64,000 nt of DNA from Candidatus Saccharimonadia bacterium (GTDB lineage: Bacteria > Patescibacteriota > Saccharimonadia > UBA4664), in the NCBI GenBank assembly GCA_035544015.1, contig DATKIP010000012.1:29049-93048 (forward strand). Direction: 5' to 3'. The position numbers and the translations under genes were made by a program. Positions 21,184 through 32,880 of this stretch are shown piece after piece. Within the stretch, counting starts at the first letter, position 1, and every line of letters begins with the position of its first letter. The notes under the pieces were generated by a model that searched no databases, was not told the origin of the DNA, and worked only from the letters and a program-made list of their open reading frames with translations.

Positions 21184-22473
21184 CTACAGCAAACTCAACT
21201 GGTCCAGCGTCTCCGCCCGCTCCGCCCCATCGCGAAACACTTTCACCACCCCAAACACGCCGTCATACCCCGGCTCCAAATACACATCACGACGGCGCAT
21301 GCGCTCCACCGCCTCCGCCACCGGCCGGCTCACCGCCCGTATCTGCTCCACCGGCAGCCCGCGCAAAATCCCAAACTCCGGTCCCAGCGCCCGTATCAGC
21401 CGGTGGTATTCCTCCACCACCGCCCGGCCGCTCGCGCCCTTCACCCCGCGCAACTCCGCCAGCACCTCCCCCAGCGGAATAATATACTCCACCTGCTTCG
21501 CGCCCACCGGCTCGTACCCTTCCGGACGCTCCGGCGCCGCCAGCTCACCCACTCGATAATCCACACCCACCACCAGCGGCTTCCCGCATTTCGGGCACAT
21601 CCCGCCGTGTGCCCGCGTCTCCTCCGGCGTAAACCGCACCCCACACACCCGGTGCCCATCGTAGTGATACTTGCCCTCCTGGGGAAAAAACTCAATCGTG
21701 CCCACCAGCCGTTCATCATTCGTCTTCATCGCCCCCATCACGGCCTCAAAGCTCAACTCCGAGCGCACCACCGTCGCCTCCCGCCCCAGCTTCCCGGGCG
21801 AATGCGCGTCCGAGTTCGAAATAATCGCCCGCCCGTCCAAATTCGCCACCCGCCAGTTCATGCTCGGATCGCTCGAAAGCCCCGTCTCCACCGCCCGCAC
21901 CTCGCCCGCCAGCTCCCCGTACGCCTCCTCCAGCGAGTCAAATCCGCTCTTCGACCCAAACACCGCAAACCACGGCGTCCAGATATGCGCCGGCACATAC
22001 AATGCCCGCGACTCCTCCTCCAGCACCAGTCGCAACAATTCTCGCGAATCCAAGCCCAAAATCGGCCGCCCATCCGCCTTCAAATTCCCAATCCGCTCCA
22101 GCCGCGCGTTAATCCGCCCCACCGCCTCAAAACTCGGCACTATCACCAGCTGATGCACCTTCCGCACCTTGCCACCCCGCGAGTAAATCGTGCTAATCTC
22201 CACGCTCGGCACAAACCGGATTACGTTCCCGCGTACGCTCTCCGGCAATTCCGCGTCTATCGGCGCGGCCAATTCCTCCCGCAACGCAAACAACCCCGCC
22301 TCCGCCGGCACCAGCTTATCGCGCAGCTCCAAAAACCACTCCGGGTGCGTAAAATCCCCGGTCCCAATCACCGAAATCCCCTTGATTTTCCCCCACCGGT
22401 ACAGCCCTTCCAGCGTACTATCGCGGCTCGTCGCCCGAGAATAATGCGAGTGAACATGCAAATCAACCAATAA
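21184..22473 (-). CDS. PHP-domain phosphoesterase with C-terminal Cys-rich (zinc-ribbon-like) region
   Basis: MELLVDLHVHSHYSRATS (PHP motif I), GDFTHPE, ...HTPW, and a CPKCGK cysteine pair. Start taken at MELLVD. Confidence 0.75.
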   Translation of the reverse strand, partial: LLVDLHVHSHYSRATSRDSTLEGLYRWGKIKGISVIGTGDFTHPEWFLELRDKLVPAEAGLFALREELAAPIDAELPESVRGNVIRFVPSVEISTIYSRGGKVRKVHQLVIVPSFEAVGRINARLERIGNLKADGRPILGLDSRELLRLVLEEESRALYVPAHIWTPWFAVFGSKSGFDSLEEAYGELAGEVRAVETGLSSDPSMNWRVANLDGRAIISNSDAHSPGKLGREATVVRSELSFEAVMGAMKTNDERLVGTIEFFPQEGKYHYDGHRVCGVRFTPEETRAHGGMCPKCGKPLVVGVDYRVGELAAPERPEGYEPVGAKQVEYIIPLGEVLAELRGVKGASGRAVVEEYHRLIRALGPEFGILRGLPVEQIRAVSRPVAEAVERMRRRDVYLEPGYDGVFGVVKVFRDGAERAETLDQLSLL

Positions 22474-22537
22474 TTCCATAGCCCTATTATGCCCACAAAT
22501 CAAAACCACCCGCTAGGCACCCCGCGAATGCTATAAT

Positions 22538-22819
22538 ATGCTTATGTTTACCCTCTCCGGCCTCCTTATCGGGCTTAGCATGGTTGCCCTCGGCATTTTG
22601 GGCATCAAATTCACCTTCTGGATCCACAACGTCACCGGCCCGCTCGACTTTCTCGAGCGCTACACCGGCTCCGGTTCCACCTACGGCATCTACAAAATCC
22701 TGTCCGTCCTGCTCGTCATGATCGGCATTATCTGGGCCACCGGCTTCGGCCACAACGTGATGGACTTCATTTTTTCGCCCTTCGTCAACCTCTTTCGACC
22801 CGGCGGCTCATCGCAATAG
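22538..22819 (+). CDS. Small membrane protein (93 aa)
   Basis: 2-3 TM helices. Confidence 0.45.
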   Translation: MLMFTLSGLLIGLSMVALGILGIKFTFWIHNVTGPLDFLERYTGSGSTYGIYKILSVLLVMIGIIWATGFGHNVMDFIFSPFVNLFRPGGSSQ

Positions 22820-22901
22820 CGCTTCGCTTGACGTCTCATGACCCAGCCTCCACACTAGGCACGACGATCGTTTCGTTGTTCCCCACCAGAGAGGACCGGC
22901 C

Positions 22902-23480
22902 ATGCCCGCACGCGCTCTCCCTAGCTCGATCCCCCTCGACCCCGGCATGAACGCCGTACTGCGCGTCATCCAGCTGGAGGATGTCCCTGAGTTTTTCAAA
23001 CTCATCCAGGCCCACCGCACGTACTTCGCTCAGTACGACACGTACATCAACACCGATCTGGGCACGCTCCAGCAGGTCGCCATTGAAATCGAGGCTGTCC
23101 TCGAGCGGCTCGCAGCCGGCACCAGCCTCACGCACGGCATCTGGGTGCAGGGCCGGCTTGTCGGCCGTTTCGGCGTACGGCTCGAGCCAGACACCCGCCG
23201 CGCCCAATTCAGCTACGTCCTGGCGCCACTCTGGCAGGGCTTCGGCCTCGTCACCCGCGCCGGCGAAACGCTGATGCGACACCTCTTCACCGAGCTCGGC
23301 TACCGAGAAATCCGCGCCCTCTGCGAGCCAGACAACGTACCCAGCATCGCCGTCGCCCGCCGTCTGGGCCTCACCTACGACGGCCAACCCCTTGTTGAAC
23401 TGGAGTCCCCGCCCGGCGACGTGCGCCGGCTCATCCGCTACGCCATCACCGCCGAGCAGTGGCGCCAACGCCACCCTTGA
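22902..23480 (+). CDS. GNAT family N-acetyltransferase (RimJ/RimL-like)
   Basis: HGIWVQGRLVGRFGV..., ...GFGLVTRAGETLMRHLFTELGYREIRALCEPDNVPSIAVARRLGL is a typical GNAT acetyl-CoA binding core. Confidence 0.7.
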   Translation: MPARALPSSIPLDPGMNAVLRVIQLEDVPEFFKLIQAHRTYFAQYDTYINTDLGTLQQVAIEIEAVLERLAAGTSLTHGIWVQGRLVGRFGVRLEPDTRRAQFSYVLAPLWQGFGLVTRAGETLMRHLFTELGYREIRALCEPDNVPSIAVARRLGLTYDGQPLVELESPPGDVRRLIRYAITAEQWRQRHP

Positions 23481-23676
23481 GGCACCCGACAGCGACAAGC
23501 CCCACCCGGCCAGCTCATCGCAGCACGGCCGGGTGGGGCGCATTCAGATACACCTCCCTAAATCAAGATACAAATCTGGTAATAATTCGCCAGGCAACCC
23601 ACCCGGATCTGCCAAAAAATCAGCTGCTTCTAAGCACTGTTCTCCATATAGTGAGCAACGTTAAGGTAGGAGTCCT

Positions 23677-24906
23677 ATGAAAAGATTCAAACACAGTAGC
23701 CTCATGCTTGCTGCCGCCACCATGATGGCCGTCCCGCTCGCATCAGCCGCACCAACCACGGCTACCAATACATCACCCGTCACGTTCCATGCCTGGAACG
23801 GCTCAAGCCTGCTCAGAGGCGAATTTGATACCGGCGCGCAGTTTAGTATCTCGCAGGGCCGGCCAGGCCTCACCTTGCGACCCGGCAGCAAAACCGGCAG
23901 CTGGACCTCGCCCGTCTACGAATCCGCCGCCGTCGGTGATCTGGTAAGTTCATGGCAAGCCTCCACTCCCACAGGCACCTGGATCGAAACCCGTTTAAGC
24001 GTGCGGGCGGGTGGCCACTGGAGCCAATGGTATCAAATGGGCCAATGGGCGTCCGACGCCTCCACCATCCAGCGCACCAGCATCAATGACCAATCTGACG
24101 CCGACGGCACCATCTACACCGACACGTACGTAGCCGGCGACAACGGCCAACCCACCGCCTACCGCCTGCGCGAAATACTCCATAGCACTGGCACCGCGCG
24201 ACCCATGGTGTACCAGATCGGCGCGACTACCTCCAATCTTACCGGCGCACCGCCCACGACTAGCGCCACGACTATGACGCACACAGTCGACCTCCCCGTT
24301 CCCCAATATTCGCAAGAAATCCACGCCGGCGAATACCCCGCTTACGGCGGTGGTGGCGAGGTCTGGTGCAGCCCCACCTCAACAGCCATGGTGATGGCCT
24401 ATTGGCACAAAGGCCCCAGCGCCGCCGATCTCGCCACGCTCCCGGCCGATCCCACCTCAGGCGCCCACGGCCGCCCCGACCCCCAAGTCGACTGGGCCGC
24501 CATCCACACCTGGGATATCGGCTATGAGGGCACCGGCAACTGGCCGTTCAACACCGCCTATGCCTCGTCCTACGGTCTCGACGGCTCCGTCCGCCAGTAC
24601 GCGTCGCTACGTGACATCGAATCATGGATCAAGCGCGGCGTGCCCATCGTAGTCTCCATCGCCTGGAACAACACCGACGCTAGCCCCGACAACGACCTCA
24701 CCGGCGCCCCTATCGCCAAAACCGGCGGTCACCTCATGGTCGTGCGCGGCTTCACCGCCGCCGGCGACGTTATCGCAGGCGACCCAGCAGCCCCAGCCAA
24801 CAGCTCCGTCCGCCGCGTCTACCAACGCTCCCAATTTGAGCGCGACTGGCTAAACGCCTCCACCGGCACCACCTATGTCATCAAGCCGTCAAGCATTCGC
24901 GGCTAG
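23677..24906 (+). CDS. Secreted papain-like cysteine peptidase (C39-like / Peptidase_C39_2-type)
   Basis: Signal peptide MKRFKHSSLMLAAATMMAVPLASA. Catalytic-Cys context GGGGEVWCSPTSTAMVMAYW and a downstream conserved His region (GGHLMVVRGF). Confidence 0.6.
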   Translation: MKRFKHSSLMLAAATMMAVPLASAAPTTATNTSPVTFHAWNGSSLLRGEFDTGAQFSISQGRPGLTLRPGSKTGSWTSPVYESAAVGDLVSSWQASTPTGTWIETRLSVRAGGHWSQWYQMGQWASDASTIQRTSINDQSDADGTIYTDTYVAGDNGQPTAYRLREILHSTGTARPMVYQIGATTSNLTGAPPTTSATTMTHTVDLPVPQYSQEIHAGEYPAYGGGGEVWCSPTSTAMVMAYWHKGPSAADLATLPADPTSGAHGRPDPQVDWAAIHTWDIGYEGTGNWPFNTAYASSYGLDGSVRQYASLRDIESWIKRGVPIVVSIAWNNTDASPDNDLTGAPIAKTGGHLMVVRGFTAAGDVIAGDPAAPANSSVRRVYQRSQFERDWLNASTGTTYVIKPSSIRG

Positions 24907-24937
24907 TGCCCAAATAGAGCTTCACAGAGGTATAATT

Positions 24938-26449
24938 ATGACCATAGCCCCAGCCAGCTACATCCGGCTCGTGCTCGCAGTCACCCTGACCATCAGCGGA
25001 CTGCTCGCACCCGCTATCTCATTCGCCAGTCCCCCGCCCGACCCAGCCCCCGCTACCAGCCTCCAGTTCAAGGCCAGCGGCAAAACCGCCGCCAGCAGCC
25101 TGCCCCTGCCCCAACTCCGCGCGCTAGCGGGACGAGGCGCCGGGCCCAGTGCAGCCATCACCCCCACCGCCCCCTCATTGCTCAACCCCCGGCCCGAATG
25201 CCCACCCGGCCTCACCTGCAAATTCGTACCCGCCGCCTACCAGCAAGATGACCCGGCCGACCCGAGCAATTACGGCAACTACGACCTCGCCAACCGGCCC
25301 AGCGGCGGCCTCCGCAGCCAACCCGGCGTCGGCCTGGCGATCAACAGCGTGGTCATCCACGACACCGAAGGCTCCCTGGCCAACACTCTAGCCGTCTTCC
25401 AAGACCCCACCCAATACAGGTCGGCCCACTATGTCATTGACACCGACGGCACCGTCTACCAAATGATCCAGACCAAAAACGTCGCGTGGCACGCCGGCAA
25501 TTGGTATGTCAATGAACATTCCATCGGCATTGAGCATGTCGGTCACGCCGCGCAGGGCGGCACCGAATACACGCCGGCCATGTATCGCTCCTCGGCTCTG
25601 CTGGTGCGTTACCTCGCCTCCCGCTTCAACATTCCGCTCGACCGCCAGCACATCGTTGGCCACGACAATGTCTCCGCACCCATACCTGGTCTCATGGCCG
25701 GCATGCACTACGATCCAGGCCCCTTCTGGAACTGGCAGTACTACCAAGCGCTCCTTGGCATCCCCGTAGTACCCACCGCCGCTCTCGGCAGCCCGCTCGT
25801 CACCATCGCCCCCAATTGGCCCATTAACCAACCGCCCACCATCGGATGCGCCCCCGACGGCAGCAATTGCGCGCCGCTGCCCAAACAACCAGCCAACTTC
25901 GTCTATCTCCACACCGCGCCCAGTGACACCGCGCCGCTCCTGAGCGATGCCGCCTTGCACCCCGACGGTAGTCCCGGCACCATCCACATCGATGATTGGT
26001 CCGCCACCGCCGCCTACGGCCAGCAATTCGCCCTCGCCGACCACCACGACGACTGGACCGCCATCTGGTACGCCGGCCAAAAAGCCTGGTTCCGCAACCC
26101 CGCCCAAATACTCGCCGCTCTGCCCACACGAGGCCAGCTCATCAAACCTCGAGCCGACCTCGCCAGCATTCCCGTCTACGGCCGTGCCTATCCCGAAGCC
26201 GCCGCTTACGCTGGCAAGCAGGTACCCGTGCAGGCCATCATGCCCATCCAGTACACCATTCCGGCCGGCCAAGCCTACGCCACCACCGGCCCCGTGCCCA
26301 CCGATTACTACTGGTCCTGGTACATCGATGCTTCGTTCAACCCCGATGATCACACCGTCATCGTCGGCACCGAGCGCTACTTGGAAATCCAGCTCGGCCA
26401 CCGTACGGCCTACGTCAAAGCTAGCGACGTCGATATCTCGACCAACTAG
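24938..26449 (+). CDS. N-acetylmuramoyl-L-alanine amidase (Amidase_2/PGRP domain) with signal peptide and C-terminal extension
   Basis: Start ATG 24938 with AGAGG RBS. Signal MTIAPASYIRLVLAVTLTISGLLAPAISFA. VVIHDTEGS..., AHYVIDTDGTVYQ, NVAWHAGNWYVNEHSIGIEHVG, HIVGHDNV. Confidence 0.75.
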   Translation: MTIAPASYIRLVLAVTLTISGLLAPAISFASPPPDPAPATSLQFKASGKTAASSLPLPQLRALAGRGAGPSAAITPTAPSLLNPRPECPPGLTCKFVPAAYQQDDPADPSNYGNYDLANRPSGGLRSQPGVGLAINSVVIHDTEGSLANTLAVFQDPTQYRSAHYVIDTDGTVYQMIQTKNVAWHAGNWYVNEHSIGIEHVGHAAQGGTEYTPAMYRSSALLVRYLASRFNIPLDRQHIVGHDNVSAPIPGLMAGMHYDPGPFWNWQYYQALLGIPVVPTAALGSPLVTIAPNWPINQPPTIGCAPDGSNCAPLPKQPANFVYLHTAPSDTAPLLSDAALHPDGSPGTIHIDDWSATAAYGQQFALADHHDDWTAIWYAGQKAWFRNPAQILAALPTRGQLIKPRADLASIPVYGRAYPEAAAYAGKQVPVQAIMPIQYTIPAGQAYATTGPVPTDYYWSWYIDASFNPDDHTVIVGTERYLEIQLGHRTAYVKASDVDISTN

Positions 26450-26491
26450 ACCATACACCCTCTGCCCCGGAGCACCAGACCAAAAGCATTA

Positions 26492-27394
26492 ATGCAGTGC
26501 TGGTGCTCCGGATGGCCAAGGAGCCATAAATCAAATATCATAACCACAAGCGAAAAACACCCCGTGCCAAAAACCACCGCTCCAACCCCACCAGCCACCA
26601 CCCTCGACGCCCACCTCGCGGCCGTCCTGGACGGATTTGGCGGCGACATCGATCGTATCGAACAAGCATTGCTGAGGCTCAAAGCCCAACGCCCGCCAAC
26701 CACGACCAACCCCCAATCCAGCGGCCACGTCATCGTCGAGCTCACAGCCGTCAGCCGCCGGTACAAACTCGGCCGCGAGCGCGTAGGCGCCGTGCAAGAC
26801 GTGTCGCTGCAAATCCACGCCGGCGAACTCATCGCGATCACCGGGCCGAGTGGCAGCGGCAAGAGCACCCTGCTCAACCTCATTGGCGCCCTCGACAAAC
26901 CCGACAGCGGCACCGTAGAAGTAGACGATCAACTCCTAACCAAACTCAACGATCGCCGCCTGTCCGAATTTCGCAATCATACCGTTGGGTTTGTGTTCCA
27001 ATTTTTCTACCTCCAACCATTCCTCAATCTCCGCACCAACCTGGAAGTCCCCGGTATGTTCTCTCGCCTCTCGCGGACCGATCGCGCCACTCGCATCCAA
27101 GAATTAGCCGAGGCCGTTGGCATCGCGGACCGACTCGAGCACCTACCCAAGGAGCTTTCAGGCGGCCAAATGCAGCGCGCCGCCATCGCCCGAGCCCTGC
27201 TCAATCGCCCCAAAATAATCCTAGCCGACGAGCCCACCGGCAATGTCGACCGTGCCAACGCTCGCGCCATCATTGCTCTCTTTTCCGAAATTCGCGAGCG
27301 TTATGGCACCACCATCATCATCGTCACCCACGACCCCGAAGTCGCCGGCGCCGCCGACCGCACCATCACCTTGCGCGACGGAAGGATCATCTAA
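26492..27394 (+). CDS. ABC transporter ATP-binding protein (MacB/LolD/FtsE-like). Real start possibly GTG 26564.
   Basis: Walker [10 protein letters not shown], signature [15 protein letters not shown], Walker [13 protein letters not shown]-loop VTHD. Confidence 0.85.
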   Translation: MQCWCSGWPRSHKSNIITTSEKHPVPKTTAPTPPATTLDAHLAAVLDGFGGDIDRIEQALLRLKAQRPPTTTNPQSSGHVIVELTAVSRRYKLGRERVGAVQDVSLQIHAGELIAITGPSGSGKSTLLNLIGALDKPDSGTVEVDDQLLTKLNDRRLSEFRNHTVGFVFQFFYLQPFLNLRTNLEVPGMFSRLSRTDRATRIQELAEAVGIADRLEHLPKELSGGQMQRAAIARALLNRPKIILADEPTGNVDRANARAIIALFSEIRERYGTTIIIVTHDPEVAGAADRTITLRDGRII

Positions 27395-29286
27395 TGCTGG
27401 GTTTCCGCGACACGTTCGTCCTGGCCACCACCAAATTGCGCGTCCATCGCCTCCGATTAGCCGTCACCATCCTGGTAGCAGGCCTCCTATTCACCAGTCT
27501 AGTGGCTGGCTCTCTAGTAGTCCGCGGCACTACCCAAAGTCTTGAAACATTCTCGGGCGACGGCCTCCTACACCGATTCATCACCAATATCATTACTCCC
27601 TTCAATTACGACACCTACAGCGACCCCCGATACGTCGCCCGCACCGCCCAACTCGACACCATTCGCCTAGCCGCCCAAAGCGCCGCCGCCAAGCGACTCG
27701 GCCTTGAATTCGACCCCAAGACCGCCGCCAAGGGCGTCAGTGAACCCGGCGGCCCCAGCGGCACAACCAAAAGCATCAACATCAATGAACCCACTGCCCG
27801 CCAAGCCTTTCTCGAACTCACCCCCGACACCATGCAGCAAAATATCGCCGGCATCGCCAAAAAATACCACGCCACCGCCACCTACGAAAGCACTTCGCTA
27901 GGCTTCTCAGCAATCGGTCCCGACCAATACGGATTCTCTATTATCACCGGCGGCCAGGAACAAAGATCCGAAAACCCCGGCTTTAACGCCGGCCAAGATC
28001 CCATTCTGTCCTTCCAAAACCTACTTAGCGCTTTCGACAACAACCTACTAAAACCCTTCCTCCTCCCAGGCGTCAGCCTCGACGCACCTGCCGGAAAACC
28101 CGTGCCCATTCTAGCTCCCATCGGCGGCGCCGAAAAACTGCTCACCATCAAGCCCCTCTCCTCCAAAGCCTCGGCCAAAGCCCAAATCCAACGGCTCGAC
28201 GAAATTCGCACCAGATCAAAAGATCTCGTTTTCGACGTCTGCTACCGCAACAAGGCCGCCCTCGACCTCCTCCGCACAGCCACCCAGCAAACCAACGAAA
28301 TTGTCTCGCACAAAACCGACTCCACCTATCAAAAACCCTCGCTAATCTACGCCCCCACCAATCTCACCTGCCAACCCACCCACATCGCCAGCGACACCCG
28401 CACCGCCGCCGAACGCACCCAAGCCGCCAAGGAAGACCAATTTGCCCGCGAATTTGGCGCCGAAGCCCCGATCACGCAGCGCTTGTCGTTTCGCATCGTC
28501 GGCATACTGCCCAACCCCGGCACACTCGCCAGCGCCTCAGGTCCCCAGGCGCTGCTAGCCGGTTTCGTCACCACCTCGTTGGGCGAAGGCTGGTTCACTT
28601 CGCGCGAGGCAGCCACTGCCAATCCCGTCCTCGGGCCCATCGTCAGCGACCGCGTCAACAAGCTGGCAGGCATTCGCAATCTGTATCTTGAATTCGCCAA
28701 CCGCACCGACCAAAAACACTTCATCGACGACAAAAACTGCAACCCCGAAAACGGCAATCCCGCCAGCTGCACCAAAGACAACAAGTTCCTCATCACCCCG
28801 TTTGGCAATCCGCTCGCATCGCTCTACGAAATCGGCCAAAAGTTGAATACATTTTTCCAAATCGCAATCGGTATCGTCGCCCTCGTATCGGCCATCATTC
28901 TCGTCGGCACCATCGGCAAAGTTATCGCCGACAGCCGCAAAGAAACGAGCGTCTTCCGCGCCGTCGGAGCCAAGCGCCTCGATATTGCCCAAATCTACCT
29001 CCTGTACGCCGGCATGTTAGCCTCCTTGGCATTCGGCGTAGCCCTCATCTTGGGCCTCCTCGTAGGCTGGTACCTCGAATCCCACTACAGCCCCGGCCTC
29101 AGTGCCGAAGCCGTCCTAAGCTTCAATACGCGCGACCTCACCAAAACCTTCCATGTCATTGGCTTCAACCTCGGCGATATGGCTATCATTTGTGCCTTCA
29201 TCATCACAATCGCCCTGGCAAGCGCCATCGTGCCCATCCTCGCCAACCTCCGCCGCAACCCCATCAAGGACATGCGCGAAGAATAA
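27394..29286 (+). CDS. ABC transporter permease, FtsX/MacB-like, with large extracytoplasmic domain
   Basis: ATG overlaps the upstream TAA. N-terminal TM, about 450-aa extracellular region, and C-terminal 3-TM FtsX-type bundle (..VALVSAIILVGTIG..). Confidence 0.8.
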   Translation: MLGFRDTFVLATTKLRVHRLRLAVTILVAGLLFTSLVAGSLVVRGTTQSLETFSGDGLLHRFITNIITPFNYDTYSDPRYVARTAQLDTIRLAAQSAAAKRLGLEFDPKTAAKGVSEPGGPSGTTKSININEPTARQAFLELTPDTMQQNIAGIAKKYHATATYESTSLGFSAIGPDQYGFSIITGGQEQRSENPGFNAGQDPILSFQNLLSAFDNNLLKPFLLPGVSLDAPAGKPVPILAPIGGAEKLLTIKPLSSKASAKAQIQRLDEIRTRSKDLVFDVCYRNKAALDLLRTATQQTNEIVSHKTDSTYQKPSLIYAPTNLTCQPTHIASDTRTAAERTQAAKEDQFAREFGAEAPITQRLSFRIVGILPNPGTLASASGPQALLAGFVTTSLGEGWFTSREAATANPVLGPIVSDRVNKLAGIRNLYLEFANRTDQKHFIDDKNCNPENGNPASCTKDNKFLITPFGNPLASLYEIGQKLNTFFQIAIGIVALVSAIILVGTIGKVIADSRKETSVFRAVGAKRLDIAQIYLLYAGMLASLAFGVALILGLLVGWYLESHYSPGLSAEAVLSFNTRDLTKTFHVIGFNLGDMAIICAFIITIALASAIVPILANLRRNPIKDMREE

Positions 29287-29314
29287 TATTGCCTCCGCAG
29301 CCATACAGTCAACG

Positions 29315-29357
29315 CAAACAGCCAGCTCAAAACGAGCTGGCTGTTTGTTTCAACTTG
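29315..29357 (+). terminator. Intrinsic terminator after the ABC permease (perfect 14-bp stem plus T-tract)
   Basis: caaacagccagctc-aaaac-gagctggctgtttg followed by tttcaacttg. It also lies about 160 nt beyond the 16S 3-prime end on the other strand. Confidence 0.55.
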
Positions 29358-29509
29358 AAACCTTAATCGTGCAGTACAATGACCGACCTAGAAGTACCGC
29401 AGCTAACAATTCGCAATCACATCCTCCATTGCTGAAGGCAGATCAAACGAGGCAGTTAGTCTGGCCAGAGGTCGAGCCTCTGGGGCTCATTGCTGAGCCG
29501 TTTCTCCCT

Positions 29510-30969
<1,460 letters not shown>

Positions 30970-31173
30970 AATATGCTACCGGATTGCTCCGACAGACTTG
31001 GGTTCGTTTGAGCTTGGCGCTCATTCAAAAAAATTTTTCGGTTCTTTGGTAGCTTGCGCTACCGAAAACTGATGTGCTCACGGCTTTCACCGTGGCACGG
31101 TAACCAACTTCCCGCTGACGGAAAAGTTGGCCACATCATTGCACTGCACGATTAATGATTTCAAGTTGCGTTG

Positions 31174-31204
31174 CCCCGAAAATACGGCCCGGAAAAACCG
31201 GGCC
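31174..31204 (-). terminator. Intrinsic terminator of the FN3 membrane protein gene, upstream of the 16S promoter region
   Basis: Stem ggcccgg/ccgggcc with A5 loop, followed on the minus strand by GUAUUUUCGGGG. Confidence 0.5.
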
Positions 31205-31314
31205 CTGAGTCAAAACAAATAGCTAGCTCATTACGAGCCTGCTATCCACAAGACCATTTCAAGACCAATTCATCTTACTAGATCAAGCGAGCAGTGTCAA
31301 CGATTACAGACCGC

Positions 31315-32811
31315 CTACAAATTATAGTATTTAGAGCGGAGATAATCATTGTAATTCTGGCGCTGCGATTTGCGCAAAATCAGCACGAATACCCCAGCGA
31401 TGAGCAGCAATATGAACACCACGATGGCAATAAAGCTGGGCGACAAGCCGTGGTGCACCGAGGCCAGCACCGCAATCGTAGTCGCAGACGTCTGGCTAAA
31501 ATGCATGGTCGTGGTCTTGGCATCGTACACCGCGCCCTTCACCTCACTCTCGCCGCCGGAGCTATCCACGCTCACCGCGCTGGGCCGATCGTATCCCTTG
31601 AGCTTAGACTTGAGCGCAAAATTCCACGTCACCGGCTTGCTCAAATCGACGATCAGGTCACCCCCCGCGTTTTTGCACACCAACGAGTATGGCCCCGCCA
31701 CCACCGGCCGATCAGCCGTCCCGAGCTTATTGGTCGCCGCCACCACCGTACACACCGCATTCTCCACCGGCAGCGCCCCCGCTGGTACCTCCACGCCCAC
31801 GATCTGATCATCGCTCATAAAGGTCCCACCAGCCGAGTTGGCCGAGTTGGCCGCAAATCCACTAGTAGTAACGTCAGCCGCCACAACACCAGAAGTCCCT
31901 GCCGCACTCACCGCACTCAAACGATAGTAGTAGTGCACCCCAAAGCTCACCTTGTCATCACGATATTCCAACCCCGCCAGCGCATCACCCAGCGACGTCC
32001 AAGTGTTCCGATCAATCGACCGCTCCAGTTTATACGACACCCCCGCTGCCGTATCGGCTGGCGCCGCCCAGCTCAGCATGACCACCGCGTTACTCGCCAC
32101 GGCCAGCGCCTGGAAATTGCCCGGAGCCCCTTGCGGCGTCGCCGGAGCCGGCGTGGGCGCCGGCCCGCCCGTCACGGGCACCGACGTGGGCACCGCGGAC
32201 GGCTTGGGCGTCGCGCGCACCGGCGTCGGAGCCGGCTTGGGGGTCGGCGCCGCAGTCGGTGCTGGTGTCGGCGCGGCGGTCGGTACGGGCGTCGGCGTGG
32301 GCGGCACCGGCTGATAGATCCACCGCATATGATACGTATGATTGGGGAAAAACTTAAAGGTGCGCGACGAACCACCCAAAAGATTCGAAGTCTGCGGATT
32401 AAAACCGGCGCACGTATCCTGGCACACCGTCGAACCCTTCACCGTGTAGCCCCCCACCGTCACCGGCGCTACGCTTACCACATAATCCTCACCCCCCGAG
32501 ATCGCCGCCCGTCCCAAAAAATAAAACGGATTAGCCGCACTCGCGGCGGCGGCGCCACTTGAAACCCGCTTCACCGTCACGGTGGCAGTACTAAATGGTC
32601 CCGTGGTAGTACCACCATACGTCCCCCCACCCGAGTTCAAAATCTTGACGCCGTCCAAATCCGCCGTCGTCGTACTAGCCGCATACGACAAGAAAGCCGG
32701 CGTGGCAAACCCAACGGCGGCCACAAAAATTGCCCCGAGCGCAATCCGAACCCGCGCGCCATTGCGCCTCGCCTCTAACAGATGGTGCTCAAAATGATAC
32801 TGATGGGCCAT
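31315..32811 (-). CDS. Membrane-anchored surface protein with fibronectin type III domain and Pro/Thr-rich linker
   Basis: N-terminal TM (IALGAIFVAAVGFATPAFLSYAA). PTPTPVPTAAPTPAPTAAPTPKPAPTP linker. FN3-like VSYKLERSIDRNTWTSLG...YYYRLSAVSAAGTSG. C-terminal TM plus KR tail. Confidence 0.6.
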   Translation of the reverse strand: MAHQYHFEHHLLEARRNGARVRIALGAIFVAAVGFATPAFLSYAASTTTADLDGVKILNSGGGTYGGTTTGPFSTATVTVKRVSSGAAAASAANPFYFLGRAAISGGEDYVVSVAPVTVGGYTVKGSTVCQDTCAGFNPQTSNLLGGSSRTFKFFPNHTYHMRWIYQPVPPTPTPVPTAAPTPAPTAAPTPKPAPTPVRATPKPSAVPTSVPVTGGPAPTPAPATPQGAPGNFQALAVASNAVVMLSWAAPADTAAGVSYKLERSIDRNTWTSLGDALAGLEYRDDKVSFGVHYYYRLSAVSAAGTSGVVAADVTTSGFAANSANSAGGTFMSDDQIVGVEVPAGALPVENAVCTVVAATNKLGTADRPVVAGPYSLVCKNAGGDLIVDLSKPVTWNFALKSKLKGYDRPSAVSVDSSGGESEVKGAVYDAKTTTMHFSQTSATTIAVLASVHHGLSPSFIAIVVFILLLIAGVFVLILRKSQRQNYNDYLRSKYYNL

Positions 32812-32880
32812 GGTATCTACCAGTATAACCCACGCCGCTTATGTTCGGACGAGGCGCTCCCAAAAACGGCAGCCGCTGTA

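Noticed and set aside
21403-22473. 356-aa plus-strand ORF
   Set aside because: It is the mirror frame of the PHP-domain gene and is Arg/His/Pro-rich.
25388-26458. 356-aa minus-strand ORF
   Set aside because: It is antisense to the amidase gene, is Gly/Val/Asp-rich, and has no motifs.
31294-32562. 422-aa plus-strand ORF
   Set aside because: It is antisense to the FN3 membrane protein gene and is Arg/His-rich.
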